64,000 bases of DNA from Gammaproteobacteria bacterium (GCA_003353945.1 PIVM01000005.1:21351-85350); one strand, 5' to 3'. Shown: positions 45,072-56,057, counted from the first letter of the stretch. A program made the numbers and translations. The notes: generated from the letters alone by a model not told the origin.

Positions 45072-46448
45072 TCAACAATCTGCTGCTGAAATTTTCTGCC
45101 GCATCCCCTTCAACCTATCAGCCAGCAAAAACGCCAGCTCAAGGCTCTGAGAGGCATTGAGGCGAGGATCACAGGCCGTTTCATAACAATGCGCAAGCGT
45201 CTCCTCCGTGACATCATAGGAGCCGCCCACGCATTCGGTCACATGCTTGCCTGTCATTTCCAGATGGATACCTCCCGCATACGTTCCCTCTGCCTGGTGT
45301 GCGGTGAAAAAGGTTTCCACCTCCTCCAGTATTTTATCGAAACGTCGCGTTTTATAACCATTGGTCGTAGAAAAGGTATTTCCGTGCATAGGATCACAGG
45401 ACCATACCACTGCATAACCCGATGATTGAACAGCTCTGACCAGCCGGGGCAATTTCTCCTGCGCCTTGTCTGCCCCCATACGTGATATCAATGTTATTTT
45501 TCCGCTTTCATTGTCGGGATTAAGGATTTCCAACAATTGCAGCAACTCATCTACGGCCAGGGTTGGTCCACACTTAATGCCAATCGGATTGCTGACACCA
45601 CGCAAAAACTCCACATGAGCACCGCTCAACTGTCTCGTTCTATCACCCAGCCATAACATATGGGCAGAACAATCCACCCACTGCTGACTAATAGTGTCAA
45701 ATCGCGTGAGAGACTGCTCATAAGGCAGTAACAACGCTTCATGAGAGACATAAAACTCTGTTTCTGACAATTGCGGAATGGATTCTGCGTTAAGCCCACA
45801 GGCAGACATAAACTTCAGGGTTTCCGTCAATTCCGCAGCCATTTCACCGTACCGCTCACTTTGCGGTGTTCGCTCGACAAAGCCCAAATTCCATTCCTGC
45901 ACTTTATGCAAATCCGCATATCCCCCCTGAGATAAGGCACGCAGATAATTCAAGGTGGCGGATGCCTGACCATAGGCTTTCAAAATTCGCTCAGGATCTG
46001 GGTTGCGGGCTGCCTGCGAAAACTCCAGGCTGTTGATGATATCGCCGCGATAACTCGGTAGTTCCAGATCACCACGCGTTTCAGTGGCGGACGATCTGGG
46101 CTTGGCATACTGACCGGCCATACGCCCGACCTTGATCACTGGACATGCCGCACCGTAGGTCAGCACAATCGCCATTTGCAGCAGCAAACGAAACGTGTCC
46201 TGAATTTTATCGGCATTAAACTCATCGAAGCTTTCGGCGCAGTCACCACCCTGCAACAAAAAGGCTTTGCCCTCTGCCACATCACTCAAGTGTGCTTTGA
46301 GCTTGTTAGTTTCACTGGCGAAAACCAACGGGGGGTATTCTTCCAGCTGTGTTTCAACCTCGCTCAATGCCTTTTGATCGGTGTAATGAGGGAGCTGAGA
46401 AAGGGTTTTTGTTCGCCAACTGTCTGCTGACCAGGAGCTTTTATTCAT
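45072..46448 (-). CDS. class II 3-deoxy-7-phosphoheptulonate (DAHP) synthase
   Basis: ORF 45072..46643. The start was chosen at MNKSSWSADSW (46448), giving about 458 aa, typical of class II. Motifs KAFLLQGGDCAESF, GRMAGQYAKPRS and DPMHGN. Confidence 0.88.
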   Translation of the reverse strand: MNKSSWSADSWRTKTLSQLPHYTDQKALSEVETQLEEYPPLVFASETNKLKAHLSDVAEGKAFLLQGGDCAESFDEFNADKIQDTFRLLLQMAIVLTYGAACPVIKVGRMAGQYAKPRSSATETRGDLELPSYRGDIINSLEFSQAARNPDPERILKAYGQASATLNYLRALSQGGYADLHKVQEWNLGFVERTPQSERYGEMAAELTETLKFMSACGLNAESIPQLSETEFYVSHEALLLPYEQSLTRFDTISQQWVDCSAHMLWLGDRTRQLSGAHVEFLRGVSNPIGIKCGPTLAVDELLQLLEILNPDNESGKITLISRMGADKAQEKLPRLVRAVQSSGYAVVWSCDPMHGNTFSTTNGYKTRRFDKILEEVETFFTAHQAEGTYAGGIHLEMTGKHVTECVGGSYDVTEETLAHCYETACDPRLNASQSLELAFLLADRLKGMRQKISAADC

Positions 46449-46580
46449 AGTCGATGGTTTATCCTTTTTTGTAAAATCGGACAATGGCTGACAAATAGTC
46501 TCACAGGGACGTCTAGAATTATAGAGCAAGGCCGCGCAGTGTGTTTTCCTTTCTGAGCGGCCACGATCAAATCGGCACGT

Positions 46581-46611
46581 AAAATAAAAAAGGGCGCCTT
46601 CGATGGCGCCC
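46581..46611 (-). terminator. rho-independent terminator of the hybrid-cluster protein gene
   Basis: On the minus strand: GGGCGCC-atcgaa-GGCGCCC followed by TTTTTTATTTT. Confidence 0.7.
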
Positions 46612-46647
46612 ATTCCAAATGTAACTACAATTCTCGTCGTCACCTGT

Positions 46648-46686
46648 TGTTACTTTCAGGTGTTACTTTCAGGTGTTACTTTCAGC
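46648..46686. repeat. 3 x 13-nt tandem repeat (tgttactttcagg)
   Basis: Units at 46648, 46661 and 46674; the last base of the third unit differs. The repeat lies between the hcp stop codon and its terminator. Confidence 0.85.
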
Positions 46687-46720
46687 TTTAACGAGTTCAA
46701 CCTGAACTTACAGTTTTTTG

Positions 46721-48358
46721 CTAATTACCCACCATCATTTGGCGGATATCATCTTTGGCATTATCAATACCTTTAATATCAAAATTCTCCACCAGATAAT
46801 TCGCAACGTTTTCTGAAAGAAAGACTGGCAAGGTAGGCCCAAGGCGAATGCCTTTCACACCCAGATGTAACAAGGCTAGCAATACCGCCACCGCCTTTTG
46901 CTCATACCAACCAATATCAAAAGAAATGGGTAGATCGTTGATATCTTCCAGCTCAAAGACCTCCTTCAACTTGAGAGCAATAACGGCCAGAGAATAGCAA
47001 TCGTTACACTGTCCAGCATCTAGCACACGAGGAATGCCACCGATATCACCTAAATCCAACTTGTTATAGCGGTATTTGGCGCAGCCTGCCGTTAGAATTA
47101 CCGCATCCTCAGGCAGGTTCTTGGCGACATCAGTAAAATACTCGCGCGACTTATCACGTCCATCACATCCACCCATGACCACAAAGCGCTTGATGGCACC
47201 GGATTTAACCGCAGCAACCACTTTATCCGCCAGCGCCAATACCTGATTGTGAGCAAAACCACCCACAATAGTACCTGTTTCGATTTCACTCGGTGACTGA
47301 CAGGTTTTGGCACACGCTATGATCGCTGAAAAATCCTTGGCTTCTCCAGCTTCCGACTCTTCCACATGAAGTAAACCGGGGAAATTCACATTTCCAGTCG
47401 TAAAAACTTTATTCTTGTACTCCGACTTTCCTTTCGGCGGCACCAGGCAGTTGGTCGTCATCAGAACGGGGCCATTGAATGCCTCAAATTCTTCTTTCTG
47501 CTGCCACCATGCGTTGCCGTAGTTGCCAACCAAATGCGGATATTTTTTAAAGGCTGGGTAATAATGGGCTGGCAGCATTTCGCCATGCGTGTAAACATCA
47601 ACGCCTGCACCCTGCGTCTGTTGCAACAGTTGCTCCAAATCCTTCAAATCATGTCCCGAAACTAAAATACCCGGATTATTGCTCACGCCCAGTTTTACTT
47701 CGGAAATTTCCGGATGTCCGTATGTTTCAGTATTGGCTTTATCCAATAAAGCCATGCCCGTAACAGCGACCTCACCAACATGCAGAACCTGTCCTATCCA
47801 TTCTTCAAGCTCCAGCTCTTTGGTGGTGACTGCCAATAATGCGATGATACGCCGATTCAGCTCATCATCTTCGTAACCCAGCACTGCAGCATGATCAGCA
47901 TAGGCTGCAATACCCTTCACTCCGTAAATCAGCGTTTCTTTCAAGGAGCGAATATCTTCATTCTCTGTGGCTACAACGCCAATTTGTTGTGCTTTGGCGA
48001 TATAGCCCTCAAAGTCATCGGCAGACCAGTTAGCTGCATCATGACTCAGTCCATCAAGGTTAAAACGCTGCTTCAACTCATCTCGGATCGTCAAACCCTG
48101 CTCAATCAAGGCGATTATTTTGTCATCATCAAAGCTGACATTGGTAACTGTCGAAAACAGTGATTTCATTACAAAGCGCGTGGTTTCTTTGTCCAATTCT
48201 CCTGCCTGTTCCACACAGAGCGCAATGCCCTTGGCAACATACAGCAATACATCTTGCAGATTGGCCATATCAGCCGTCTTGCCACAGATACCTTTGACGC
48301 TACATCCCGCATCGGATGATGTATCCGTTTCCTGGCATTGATAGCAGAACATATTCAT
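46721..48358 (-). CDS. hcp: hybrid-cluster protein (hydroxylamine reductase / NO-stress protein)
   Basis: The ORF track start at 48364 is a GTG inside the RBS. The ATG at 48358 follows AAGGAGG. N-terminal [11 protein letters not shown] Cys motif, about 545 aa. Confidence 0.92.
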   Translation of the reverse strand: MNMFCYQCQETDTSSDAGCSVKGICGKTADMANLQDVLLYVAKGIALCVEQAGELDKETTRFVMKSLFSTVTNVSFDDDKIIALIEQGLTIRDELKQRFNLDGLSHDAANWSADDFEGYIAKAQQIGVVATENEDIRSLKETLIYGVKGIAAYADHAAVLGYEDDELNRRIIALLAVTTKELELEEWIGQVLHVGEVAVTGMALLDKANTETYGHPEISEVKLGVSNNPGILVSGHDLKDLEQLLQQTQGAGVDVYTHGEMLPAHYYPAFKKYPHLVGNYGNAWWQQKEEFEAFNGPVLMTTNCLVPPKGKSEYKNKVFTTGNVNFPGLLHVEESEAGEAKDFSAIIACAKTCQSPSEIETGTIVGGFAHNQVLALADKVVAAVKSGAIKRFVVMGGCDGRDKSREYFTDVAKNLPEDAVILTAGCAKYRYNKLDLGDIGGIPRVLDAGQCNDCYSLAVIALKLKEVFELEDINDLPISFDIGWYEQKAVAVLLALLHLGVKGIRLGPTLPVFLSENVANYLVENFDIKGIDNAKDDIRQMMVGN

Positions 48359-48570
48359 ACACACCTCCTTTATTGATTATTGTAAATCACGTTGTTTTTA
48401 GGTTATGTCTCACACCGGACCCAATCATACATATAATATGCATGTATAAAAACCAACAAACTGTCCTTTTATTACTTTTTTTGATGCAAACAGGATTTTG
48501 AAGCAGTAAATATTAATTCTTAGTCATATCTCCTTGCGTTTCTGTGATGATGGTTTACGTCGTTTTCTGC

Positions 48571-48584
48571 TTGATTTCCATCAA
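48571..48584. promoter_or_regulatory. perfect FNR/CRP-family box TTGAT-TTCC-ATCAA
   Basis: Read directly in the divergent region between hcp and the 48697 flavoprotein gene. It is centred about 120 nt upstream of the 48697 ATG and about 220 nt upstream of the hcp ATG. Confidence 0.55.
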
Positions 48585-48696
48585 GTGTCAGGAGTCTTTC
48601 GTTTGCTTCAAACTAACGCCTTCTCCTAGACTGCCTAACCTGTATTATGGTCTGACAACCCTACCGTTTAACTATTAAAACCCGAGGACTATCCGC

Positions 48697-51600
48697 ATGC
48701 CTTCAAAAACAGACCCCAGCGGCAACTATGACGCCATCGTAATCGGCGCCGGCCCCTGCGGATCAGCAGCAGCCTACTATCTGGCAAATGGCATGGACGG
48801 TTTCTCTGGAAAAAAAGTCGCCCTGCTGGACAAGGCCAGTTTTCCACGCGACAAATTTTGTGGCGACGCTTGGTGCTCACCGGCGCTGGATATTCTGGAG
48901 GATATGAGCGTTTTGCAAAAACTGGAAAGCGAAGGTCTCGTACAAGACTGTACCAGTGGCGGATTTGTCTCACCATCAGGCGAAAGCTTTGTCAGCACCG
49001 GCGAAGGCGAACCATTACCTGACGCACGTTGTTACGCCATTAAACGGATCATTTGTGATGAACGCATTGCCCGACGCGCCGCTGAAGTAGGTGCCGATCT
49101 TTTTGAACAGGCAGAATTCAAAACTGCCACTTTGGAAGACGATGGATTGTGGACGGTACATTGCCAGGATGGCCGTGTTTTCCGTGGCGCCATGCTCATT
49201 GCCGCCGATGGTGCCACCAGCGCCGTGGCTCGCTCTCTGGGCGTTGTCAACACCCCACCGGAGGGCGTAGCCAGTCGCCAATACGTCAAAGGCGGTACCC
49301 ACAATTTTAAATCGGGGGGCGTACTGCTTTACCCCAGCTATGTCATTCCCGGCTACGTGGCAATCTTTCGTCACTATAACGACGATATTGATATTGGTTG
49401 TTACGTAGTACCCGGTGGCGCCATTGAACCTGAAGCTCTTGGACAAGTCTGCAAAAAAGAATTACTTGAAGATCCGTTTATGCAACGTGTACTCGGTCCC
49501 AATCCAGAGTTTCTGGAAAGACCACGCGTTGCCTCACTGAGAACAGGCGGTGTTGAACAAAGTACGGCAAAACAGTTTATGGCCGTTGGCGATGCAGCGG
49601 GACAAACCGACCCGCTAACCGGTGAAGGTATTCACACTGGCATGATCGGCGGCAAGCTGGCCGCACAACGAATTCATGAAATGGCATCTAACAAGGATTT
49701 TTCAGCCGAAGCGTGCGCGGTTTATCACAAGCGCTGGATGGATGCTTTTGGCAAGGACTTCCCCGCCTCAGCCGGAGGCGCAAAACTGACGTACAAATAT
49801 CCCTTGATGCTTGATGCCGCCAATATTGTTGCACAAAAAAAAGGAGATGCGTTTATGGCTGACTTTGGCGCGGCCATGACGGGCGTTAAATCCAAAACCA
49901 CGTTCTTGCGACCCGGTATGGCCATACCTCTGGGTGTTGAAGTGACACGCCAGTTTTTGAAACAGGCTTTCAATCCAGACTATCCATCCATCAGTGCAGC
50001 GTATGCAGCAAGAGCCAGGGAAAAATCAAGTCGACCCACTGCCTTTGCCAACGCCTGTCTGATCGACTCCAGCATTGAAGCAGGTGAATCAGCACAAACG
50101 GCAGCATTGAATAATGCCTTCCATGACATGTTTCAATATGCGGGTAGCAATCCCAACGCTCAACGCATTATGGTAATGTACGGCTCCGAATACGGTTTTG
50201 CAAAAGAAGTGGCAGAGCTATGCTGTAAAGCCCTCGCCAATATAGCAGACATTGCACTTTCGCCACGTTTTTCACCACGTTTTTCACCACGCTGCATCAA
50301 TGCCGAAGATTTCGAACTGATTGACTGGCGAGAAACTCACAGTTGCCTGCTGATTTGTTCAACTGCGGGCGATGGCGTCCCTCCGCTTGCTGCCAAAGCT
50401 CTTTTTGCACAACTCGAAAACGAGGGGCCTGATCTCTCATATGTACATCACGCCACGTTGGCACTGGGCGATAGCGCCTACCCTAACTTTTGTCGTGCCG
50501 GTCATACACTGGACAAACTGTTCACGAACTGTGGTAGTCAATCAATGCTGCCCGTGACAGAAGTCAACAAGGAAGACATGAACACTATTGAGACGTGGAT
50601 TAACGACACCATCACGACACTCTCTTCTGAAGATTATCAAGCGGTATTACTTGCAGAAACCAGTCCTGCAGAAACCAACAGTGACGAACTATTAACTCGC
50701 GCTGAAACGTATTTCAGCACACGTGCAACTGCTCCCCCGCAAGCCAGTGAAAAACAACCCTTTATTGCAACGGTAGTTGGCAAAAAAACGCTCTCTAATA
50801 CTGAACAGGATGGCGTGGAAACCGTTCATATCGACATCGATGTTTCTAGCGATCAGAGCGGAAACGTATCTGAATTGTCCTGGCAACCCGGCGATGCGCT
50901 TGGCGTCTTAGCAAGCAATGCACCCGATGAAGTCGATGCTGTACTGGCCTGCTTGTCGCAAAAAGACAATGTCGATATAACATTGCCCGCAGACAACGCC
51001 ACGTATTGTCTTAAAACCGCCTTGAGCGATAAGCTGGATATTAAAAAACTCAAACCCAGTCTTCTGGAAATTCTGCTACAACACTGCTCGGATGAGGGCG
51101 AACACAAGCGCCTGGAAGCATTGCGCAACAACACAAGTGACTACCTCGCTAATTACGAATTACAGGATGTACTAGCCGAATTTCCTGCCAGCGCAAAACA
51201 ACTTAAATCCCAAGCCCTGGTGAACAGCCTTAACCGAATTAAACCGCGCTATTATTCCGTTGCATCGTCACAGCTTACAAATAAAAACACATTATCACTA
51301 TGCGTTGCCGTGGTCCGTTATCAACTGGATGGACGTGATCGCACAGGTCTGGCCAGTACCTTTTTGGCAGACCGAATTACCGACGGTGATTCCATCCGAG
51401 TTTTTGTGCAAAACAATCCGCAATTTCGCTTACCGCCCAGCAATAAAAAGTCCGCGTGCGTGATGATCGGAGCCGGTACCGGCGTTGCACCCTACCGGGC
51501 TTTTATGCAAGAACTGAATTACCGCGCAGAACAACAGAACTGTTCGCTGTTACAACAATCAACGGACCGACAACATTTATTGTTTTTTGGCTGCCGCCAT

Positions 51601-51930
51601 GAGAATGCTGATTTTCTTTATGCAGACACATGGAAACAATGGGCGCAAAGCCAAGGTCTCGGACTTTTTACCGCTTTTTCACGGGACCAGACAGAAAAAA
51701 TCTATGTGCAGCATCGATTGCGGGAACAAGCGGAACTGTTATGGCAACGCATGGAATCAGGCGATTACTTTTATATTTGTGGCGATGCAAGCGCCATGGC
51801 CCATGACGTTGAACAGGCGTTGTTACAAATCATTATCCAGCAGGGCCAACGCTCAGATTCCGAGGCCACAGGCTACCTTGAGCAAATGATGAAAACAGGG
51901 CGTTTGCAAAAAGATGTCTGGGCAGTGTAA
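48697..51930 (+). CDS. three-module flavoprotein fusion: geranylgeranyl-reductase-like FAD oxidoreductase + flavodoxin-like FMN domain + FAD/NADPH ferredoxin-reductase domain (CysJ/CPR-like)
   Basis: 1077 aa. The N-terminus has YDAIVIGAGPCGSAAAYYLA, IAADGATSAVARSLG and VGDAAGQTDPLTGEGI. The middle has IMVMYGSEYGFAKEVA...ICSTAGDGVPP...LGDSAYPNFC. The C-terminus has RYYSVASS, MIGAGTGVAPYRAF, FFGCRH, YVQHRL, FYICGDA and a terminal DVWAV. Confidence 0.8.
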   Translation: MPSKTDPSGNYDAIVIGAGPCGSAAAYYLANGMDGFSGKKVALLDKASFPRDKFCGDAWCSPALDILEDMSVLQKLESEGLVQDCTSGGFVSPSGESFVSTGEGEPLPDARCYAIKRIICDERIARRAAEVGADLFEQAEFKTATLEDDGLWTVHCQDGRVFRGAMLIAADGATSAVARSLGVVNTPPEGVASRQYVKGGTHNFKSGGVLLYPSYVIPGYVAIFRHYNDDIDIGCYVVPGGAIEPEALGQVCKKELLEDPFMQRVLGPNPEFLERPRVASLRTGGVEQSTAKQFMAVGDAAGQTDPLTGEGIHTGMIGGKLAAQRIHEMASNKDFSAEACAVYHKRWMDAFGKDFPASAGGAKLTYKYPLMLDAANIVAQKKGDAFMADFGAAMTGVKSKTTFLRPGMAIPLGVEVTRQFLKQAFNPDYPSISAAYAARAREKSSRPTAFANACLIDSSIEAGESAQTAALNNAFHDMFQYAGSNPNAQRIMVMYGSEYGFAKEVAELCCKALANIADIALSPRFSPRFSPRCINAEDFELIDWRETHSCLLICSTAGDGVPPLAAKALFAQLENEGPDLSYVHHATLALGDSAYPNFCRAGHTLDKLFTNCGSQSMLPVTEVNKEDMNTIETWINDTITTLSSEDYQAVLLAETSPAETNSDELLTRAETYFSTRATAPPQASEKQPFIATVVGKKTLSNTEQDGVETVHIDIDVSSDQSGNVSELSWQPGDALGVLASNAPDEVDAVLACLSQKDNVDITLPADNATYCLKTALSDKLDIKKLKPSLLEILLQHCSDEGEHKRLEALRNNTSDYLANYELQDVLAEFPASAKQLKSQALVNSLNRIKPRYYSVASSQLTNKNTLSLCVAVVRYQLDGRDRTGLASTFLADRITDGDSIRVFVQNNPQFRLPPSNKKSACVMIGAGTGVAPYRAFMQELNYRAEQQNCSLLQQSTDRQHLLFFGCRHENADFLYADTWKQWAQSQGLGLFTAFSRDQTEKIYVQHRLREQAELLWQRMESGDYFYICGDASAMAHDVEQALLQIIIQQGQRSDSEATGYLEQMMKTGRLQKDVWAV
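50259..50292 (+). repeat. about 2.8 copies of a 12-nt in-frame repeat encoding SPRFSPRFSPR
   Basis: ttcgccacgttt ttcaccacgttt ttcaccacgc, read directly inside the flavodoxin-like module. Confidence 0.8.
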
Positions 51931-52146
51931 AACCAGGTGCTCCTGTCTCGAAGAGTTAGCTCTCAGACACTAACAACAAAACGACCATTAAGTCATTTCC
52001 GTTCTTAATGTAGCGACTTTTATAATAAAACATCGATATGCCTGAGAAACATAACACAATTGAAAATTCTTATAGCGATAAGTGGGCAAAATAACAATTT
52101 TTCTTCTACGTTAATAAGGTGATAATAAATTGTTTAGGATGTATCG

Positions 52147-53766
52147 ATGCATTGGATTAAGAACCTGTCTGTCAAATTTAAGATTCTCATCATCCCTTTG
52201 GCAGCCATCATTGGCTTTATGTTGTTTTTTATTATTAATTACAACGCCAACACCGCCAATTCTGAGCGCCTGAAAACCGTTCGTGATGTTTCGTTTCCAG
52301 GTCTGGAGTTAGCCAATGCCAATATCGTGCTGACAAACCAGATTGATGAGCTGTTCACCGCATCCATCTCTACCGGCGAGATGGATATGTTAAATAAGGC
52401 TGAAACCTTAAAAGACACAATCAATACACAGCTTGACAAGCTTCTAGACCTAACGCCTGATCGTTCAAGTGAAATCAAGGAAACCAAAGAGTCATTTCGC
52501 CGGTATTACAAGCTTTCCCATACGCTCTCCAGCGGCATGATCAGTGGATCTGTAGATTTTTCAACTGTGCAGGATCAGGTAAAAACTAAAAACGACTTAC
52601 AAAAAAGTGCACTGGACAATTTTCAACAATATCGCAACACAAGCTTAGAACTGTTCCAGAACACTATCGAAGATGCTAACAACACGGCTCAAAGTGTTAT
52701 CACATCCGGGTTAATTATTGGCGGCATCACTATTCTGATATTACTCTCTGTCTCTTTCAGTATCATTTTTATGATCACCAACAACTTAAATCAAATCACC
52801 CACTCGCTAAAGGATATCGCCAAAGGTGAAGGCGATCTTACCCAGCGAATCGAGCAAACATCCAAAGACGAAACAGGAGAGTTGGTTTTCTGGTTTAATG
52901 ATTTTGTCAATAAACTGCAATCAACCATTGGTGAAGTATTATCGTTAATCACTCCGCTCTCAGATATTTCCAAGCAGCTAAACAGTGTGGCATCGGAGAA
53001 TTCTCAGGCGACTCAGGAACAATGTGAGATTGCTGAGAAAGTTAATTATTCGGTTGATGAAATGATCGCAGCAGTTAATGAAGTTGCGCATCATGCCGCT
53101 ACTGCAGCAAGTTCTGCTTCTGATGCTGATTCGGAATCCAAACAAGGTCAGCAGATTGTTGGTGACACAGTCAACGCCATCAGCGAACTTGCAACGGAAA
53201 TCACCCAGGCTGCAGAGGTAATCACCCAACTCGAAACCGACACCGAGAATGTAGGAAAAATCCTGGATGTTATTCGTGGCATTGCAGAACAAACCAACTT
53301 ACTGGCATTGAATGCCGCGATCGAAGCGGCTCGCGCAGGCGAGCAAGGCCGTGGTTTTGCAGTGGTGGCCGACGAAGTTCGCACCCTGGCATCACGCACC
53401 CAGCAATCCACCCAGGAAATCCAGGCTGTAATAGAGCAACTGCAAACAGCCTCACGCTCTGCCGTGGAAGCGATGGAGGCCAGTAAAACACAGGCCAACA
53501 ACGGTGTTGAACAAACCGAGAAAACCGGCTCCACGCTGCAGTCTATTGCGGAAAAAGTCACCTCTATTAGCGATATGAATCAACAAATTGCCGCTGCCAC
53601 CGAAGAGCAAAGTAATACCTCAAGCAATATCAAGGATAATTTCCAAAGGATACGGGAAAACTCCGACATTTCTTCTTCAGCAACCAACAAAGTCACGGAG
53701 CTGACGAAAAATCTTGATGAAATATCCAAGCAATTAGCGTCGGTTGGCACGCAGTTTAAGGTGTAA
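52147..53766 (+). CDS. methyl-accepting chemotaxis protein (helical sensor domain, HAMP, MA domain)
   Basis: 539 aa. [40 protein letters not shown]. Confidence 0.9.
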   Translation: MHWIKNLSVKFKILIIPLAAIIGFMLFFIINYNANTANSERLKTVRDVSFPGLELANANIVLTNQIDELFTASISTGEMDMLNKAETLKDTINTQLDKLLDLTPDRSSEIKETKESFRRYYKLSHTLSSGMISGSVDFSTVQDQVKTKNDLQKSALDNFQQYRNTSLELFQNTIEDANNTAQSVITSGLIIGGITILILLSVSFSIIFMITNNLNQITHSLKDIAKGEGDLTQRIEQTSKDETGELVFWFNDFVNKLQSTIGEVLSLITPLSDISKQLNSVASENSQATQEQCEIAEKVNYSVDEMIAAVNEVAHHAATAASSASDADSESKQGQQIVGDTVNAISELATEITQAAEVITQLETDTENVGKILDVIRGIAEQTNLLALNAAIEAARAGEQGRGFAVVADEVRTLASRTQQSTQEIQAVIEQLQTASRSAVEAMEASKTQANNGVEQTEKTGSTLQSIAEKVTSISDMNQQIAAATEEQSNTSSNIKDNFQRIRENSDISSSATNKVTELTKNLDEISKQLASVGTQFKV

Positions 53767-54123
53767 TTGGCCACTATAATATTTGCCACAAATACTAACA
53801 CTGATCAAATTGGCACTTACATAAACTCCCTTTCCCGTTTCCGGGTAAGGAAAAGGAAAAGGGAAATGATCCAGCTTGCCACTTCATCCCAACCTTCCTG
53901 GTATGCCATAAAACCCTGGGGAGATAAAATTCCAGGTGCATACATACGCCTGAATAATGCATTAACCACCAAAACATTGCTTTTTCTTAAAAGGGGACCG
54001 CCTATGAAACACAATAAAGTAGTCTTTCCAATCCCGTAAAAAAACAAATTCGTGATGGCAGGCATTGTTGTCGGCCATGCTAATAGCTTGATATTACCAT
54101 TATCCTAGAAGGAGAAAAAGGTT

Positions 54124-55575
54124 ATGAAAAAGAGCATAATCTACGCTGCGCTATTGCCAATAGTGCTTTCTATTCCTCTACATACTCAAGCAGCCAGCAA
54201 CGTTGATGAACGATTGCAACAGCTAGAAAGTGCCTTAGAGGAAAAATCAAAACAAATCGAAAAACTGGAAAAGCAGGCAAAACGCAGCAAAAAAATCGCC
54301 AAAAAAACCAACAGCAAAATCGATGACTATTTTAATAAAATTAAATTCAATGGTTTTTTTACTTCCGGCTTTGCCACCCATAATGTTAAAGATAAAACTT
54401 ATCAGGGCATTACCGAAGAGGTGACCTGGCAACCGGACACACGCCTGGGTCTACAAATGACTGCAAATATTTCAGAGCGCACCAGCGTTACAATGCAGCT
54501 GGTCGGCAAAGCCAGGGATGACCGGCCTTTTCGTACCAATATGGAATGGGCCTTTGTATCCTACAAAGCCACCGACAGTCTAACCCTGCGGGCTGGTCGA
54601 CTGCGCACTCCGTTTTATATGCTATCTGAATTTTTTGATGTGGGCTTTTCCTACCCCTGGGTTCGGCCACCTACCGAAGTTTACAATATCGATACCCTAA
54701 AGGGCTTTGAGGGTATGGATCTGATCTGGAACTACAGTGTTGGCGAATGGAGCGGCCTGCTGCAGGTAGATATCGGCAGTGGTGTGAGTGAAACTGATCC
54801 GATGGAATTTGATCTTATTAAAGCCTATGGCATAAACAATACACTGAATTACGGTAATTGGAGCGGAAGACTCAGTTATCGTGGGGCCAAGGTTCGTTTT
54901 TACAGTGAGGATCGCCCAGCTGATGACGATGCTGATGGTGATATATCAAATAGCGAGCTGGTCCACAACCATAATCCGGTAAAAGAAGCGCCCGTAGGCG
55001 ACAATCTGGACTTGCAACCCTTGGCAGCTGCCGGATTAGTTCTCAGCGATGCTACTGAGATGCCCGCGTTTTATTATAGCTTGGGTGGCCAATACGACGA
55101 CGGATCGCTTTTTGTTTTGCTAGAAGCCGTCAGATTAGATTGGGACTTTGAAGACTTTACTGTGAAATTGCCGCCCGCCTTTGCCGGTTTGCTGGGGACA
55201 TCTGAATTTGTTCTTCCTCCATCATCCAGTTATGACGCCTATTATATCACCACAGGTTATCGCATCGGTAAATGGACGCCTTACCTAATGGCTGCCGAAA
55301 TAGAACATTTTTCCGATGCATCCGATAAGGACCGCCTCGTATTTGATCAAATCATTGCTGTCGCAAGTGCTCAGCCCCCCCCCTCCAAGGCACAAGATTT
55401 TAGAAAAAGCACTTCTTATACCCTGGGTTTAAACTACAACCTGACCCCCAATATCAAACTCAAAGGCGCCGTGCAGCATTTTGCCGACTTAAGTGGTACC
55501 GTGGGTAACTTTGGTGAACACTCCGGTATGGAAGAGAAAAATGTCTACACATTCCTTGTTGACGTTCTATTTTAA
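54124..55575 (+). CDS. putative outer-membrane porin with an N-terminal coiled coil
   Basis: 483 aa. Signal peptide ending HTQA-AS, a coiled coil (LQQLESALEEKSKQIEKLEKQAK), an aromatic-rich beta-strand pattern, and a C-terminal ...YTFLVDVLF. Confidence 0.6.
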   Translation: MKKSIIYAALLPIVLSIPLHTQAASNVDERLQQLESALEEKSKQIEKLEKQAKRSKKIAKKTNSKIDDYFNKIKFNGFFTSGFATHNVKDKTYQGITEEVTWQPDTRLGLQMTANISERTSVTMQLVGKARDDRPFRTNMEWAFVSYKATDSLTLRAGRLRTPFYMLSEFFDVGFSYPWVRPPTEVYNIDTLKGFEGMDLIWNYSVGEWSGLLQVDIGSGVSETDPMEFDLIKAYGINNTLNYGNWSGRLSYRGAKVRFYSEDRPADDDADGDISNSELVHNHNPVKEAPVGDNLDLQPLAAAGLVLSDATEMPAFYYSLGGQYDDGSLFVLLEAVRLDWDFEDFTVKLPPAFAGLLGTSEFVLPPSSSYDAYYITTGYRIGKWTPYLMAAEIEHFSDASDKDRLVFDQIIAVASAQPPPSKAQDFRKSTSYTLGLNYNLTPNIKLKGAVQHFADLSGTVGNFGEHSGMEEKNVYTFLVDVLF

Positions 55576-55590
55576 GGGAGGGCATATAAA

Positions 55591-56028
55591 ATGAAAATAT
55601 TACAAAGCAAACTTGTCACTATCTCAATTTTTCTATTTACCGCCCTATTCACTGCCCAAGCGTCTCTTGCTGACGTCGTACTGGTTGCCAACCCTGGCGC
55701 TCCCGACAAAAGCCTAACTGCCCAACAGGCTTCGGATATTTTTCTTGGTAAACAGAAAAATTTTCCCAGCGGTGGTAGCGTGGTGCCAATAGATCAGGAG
55801 AAGGGTGAAGCACCGCGTGACGAGTTTTATTCAAAGGTCGTAAAAAAGGATGCCTCCCAGCTCAATGCCTATTGGTCCCGCCTGGTTTTCACTGGCAAAG
55901 GCCAGCCACCCAAGGCAGTACTGGATGACGACGAAGTAATCGAACTGGTTTCCAGCAACCCCAATATTATTGGATATATTGATGCAGGTTCGGTAACGGA
56001 TGCTGTCATTGTTATTTTGAAACCCTGA
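55591..56028 (+). CDS. small periplasmic PBP-like (PstS-type fold fragment) protein
   Basis: 145 aa. Signal peptide ending ASLA. DIFLGKQKNFPSGG..VPID...EFYSKVVKK...YWSRLVFTGKGQPPKAV..DDEV...V..NPNIIGYID. Confidence 0.55.
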   Translation: MKILQSKLVTISIFLFTALFTAQASLADVVLVANPGAPDKSLTAQQASDIFLGKQKNFPSGGSVVPIDQEKGEAPRDEFYSKVVKKDASQLNAYWSRLVFTGKGQPPKAVLDDDEVIELVSSNPNIIGYIDAGSVTDAVIVILKP

Positions 56029-56057
56029 ACGTGTTTATACACCTGCCTTTCAACCAT

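Noticed and set aside
48427-48447. ATACAT-N9-ATGTAT, considered as an NsrR operator for hcp.
   Set aside because: It only loosely resembles the NsrR consensus as I remember it, and it lies in an AT-rich region where such repeats arise by chance. It is mentioned in the hcp finding but not annotated as a feature.
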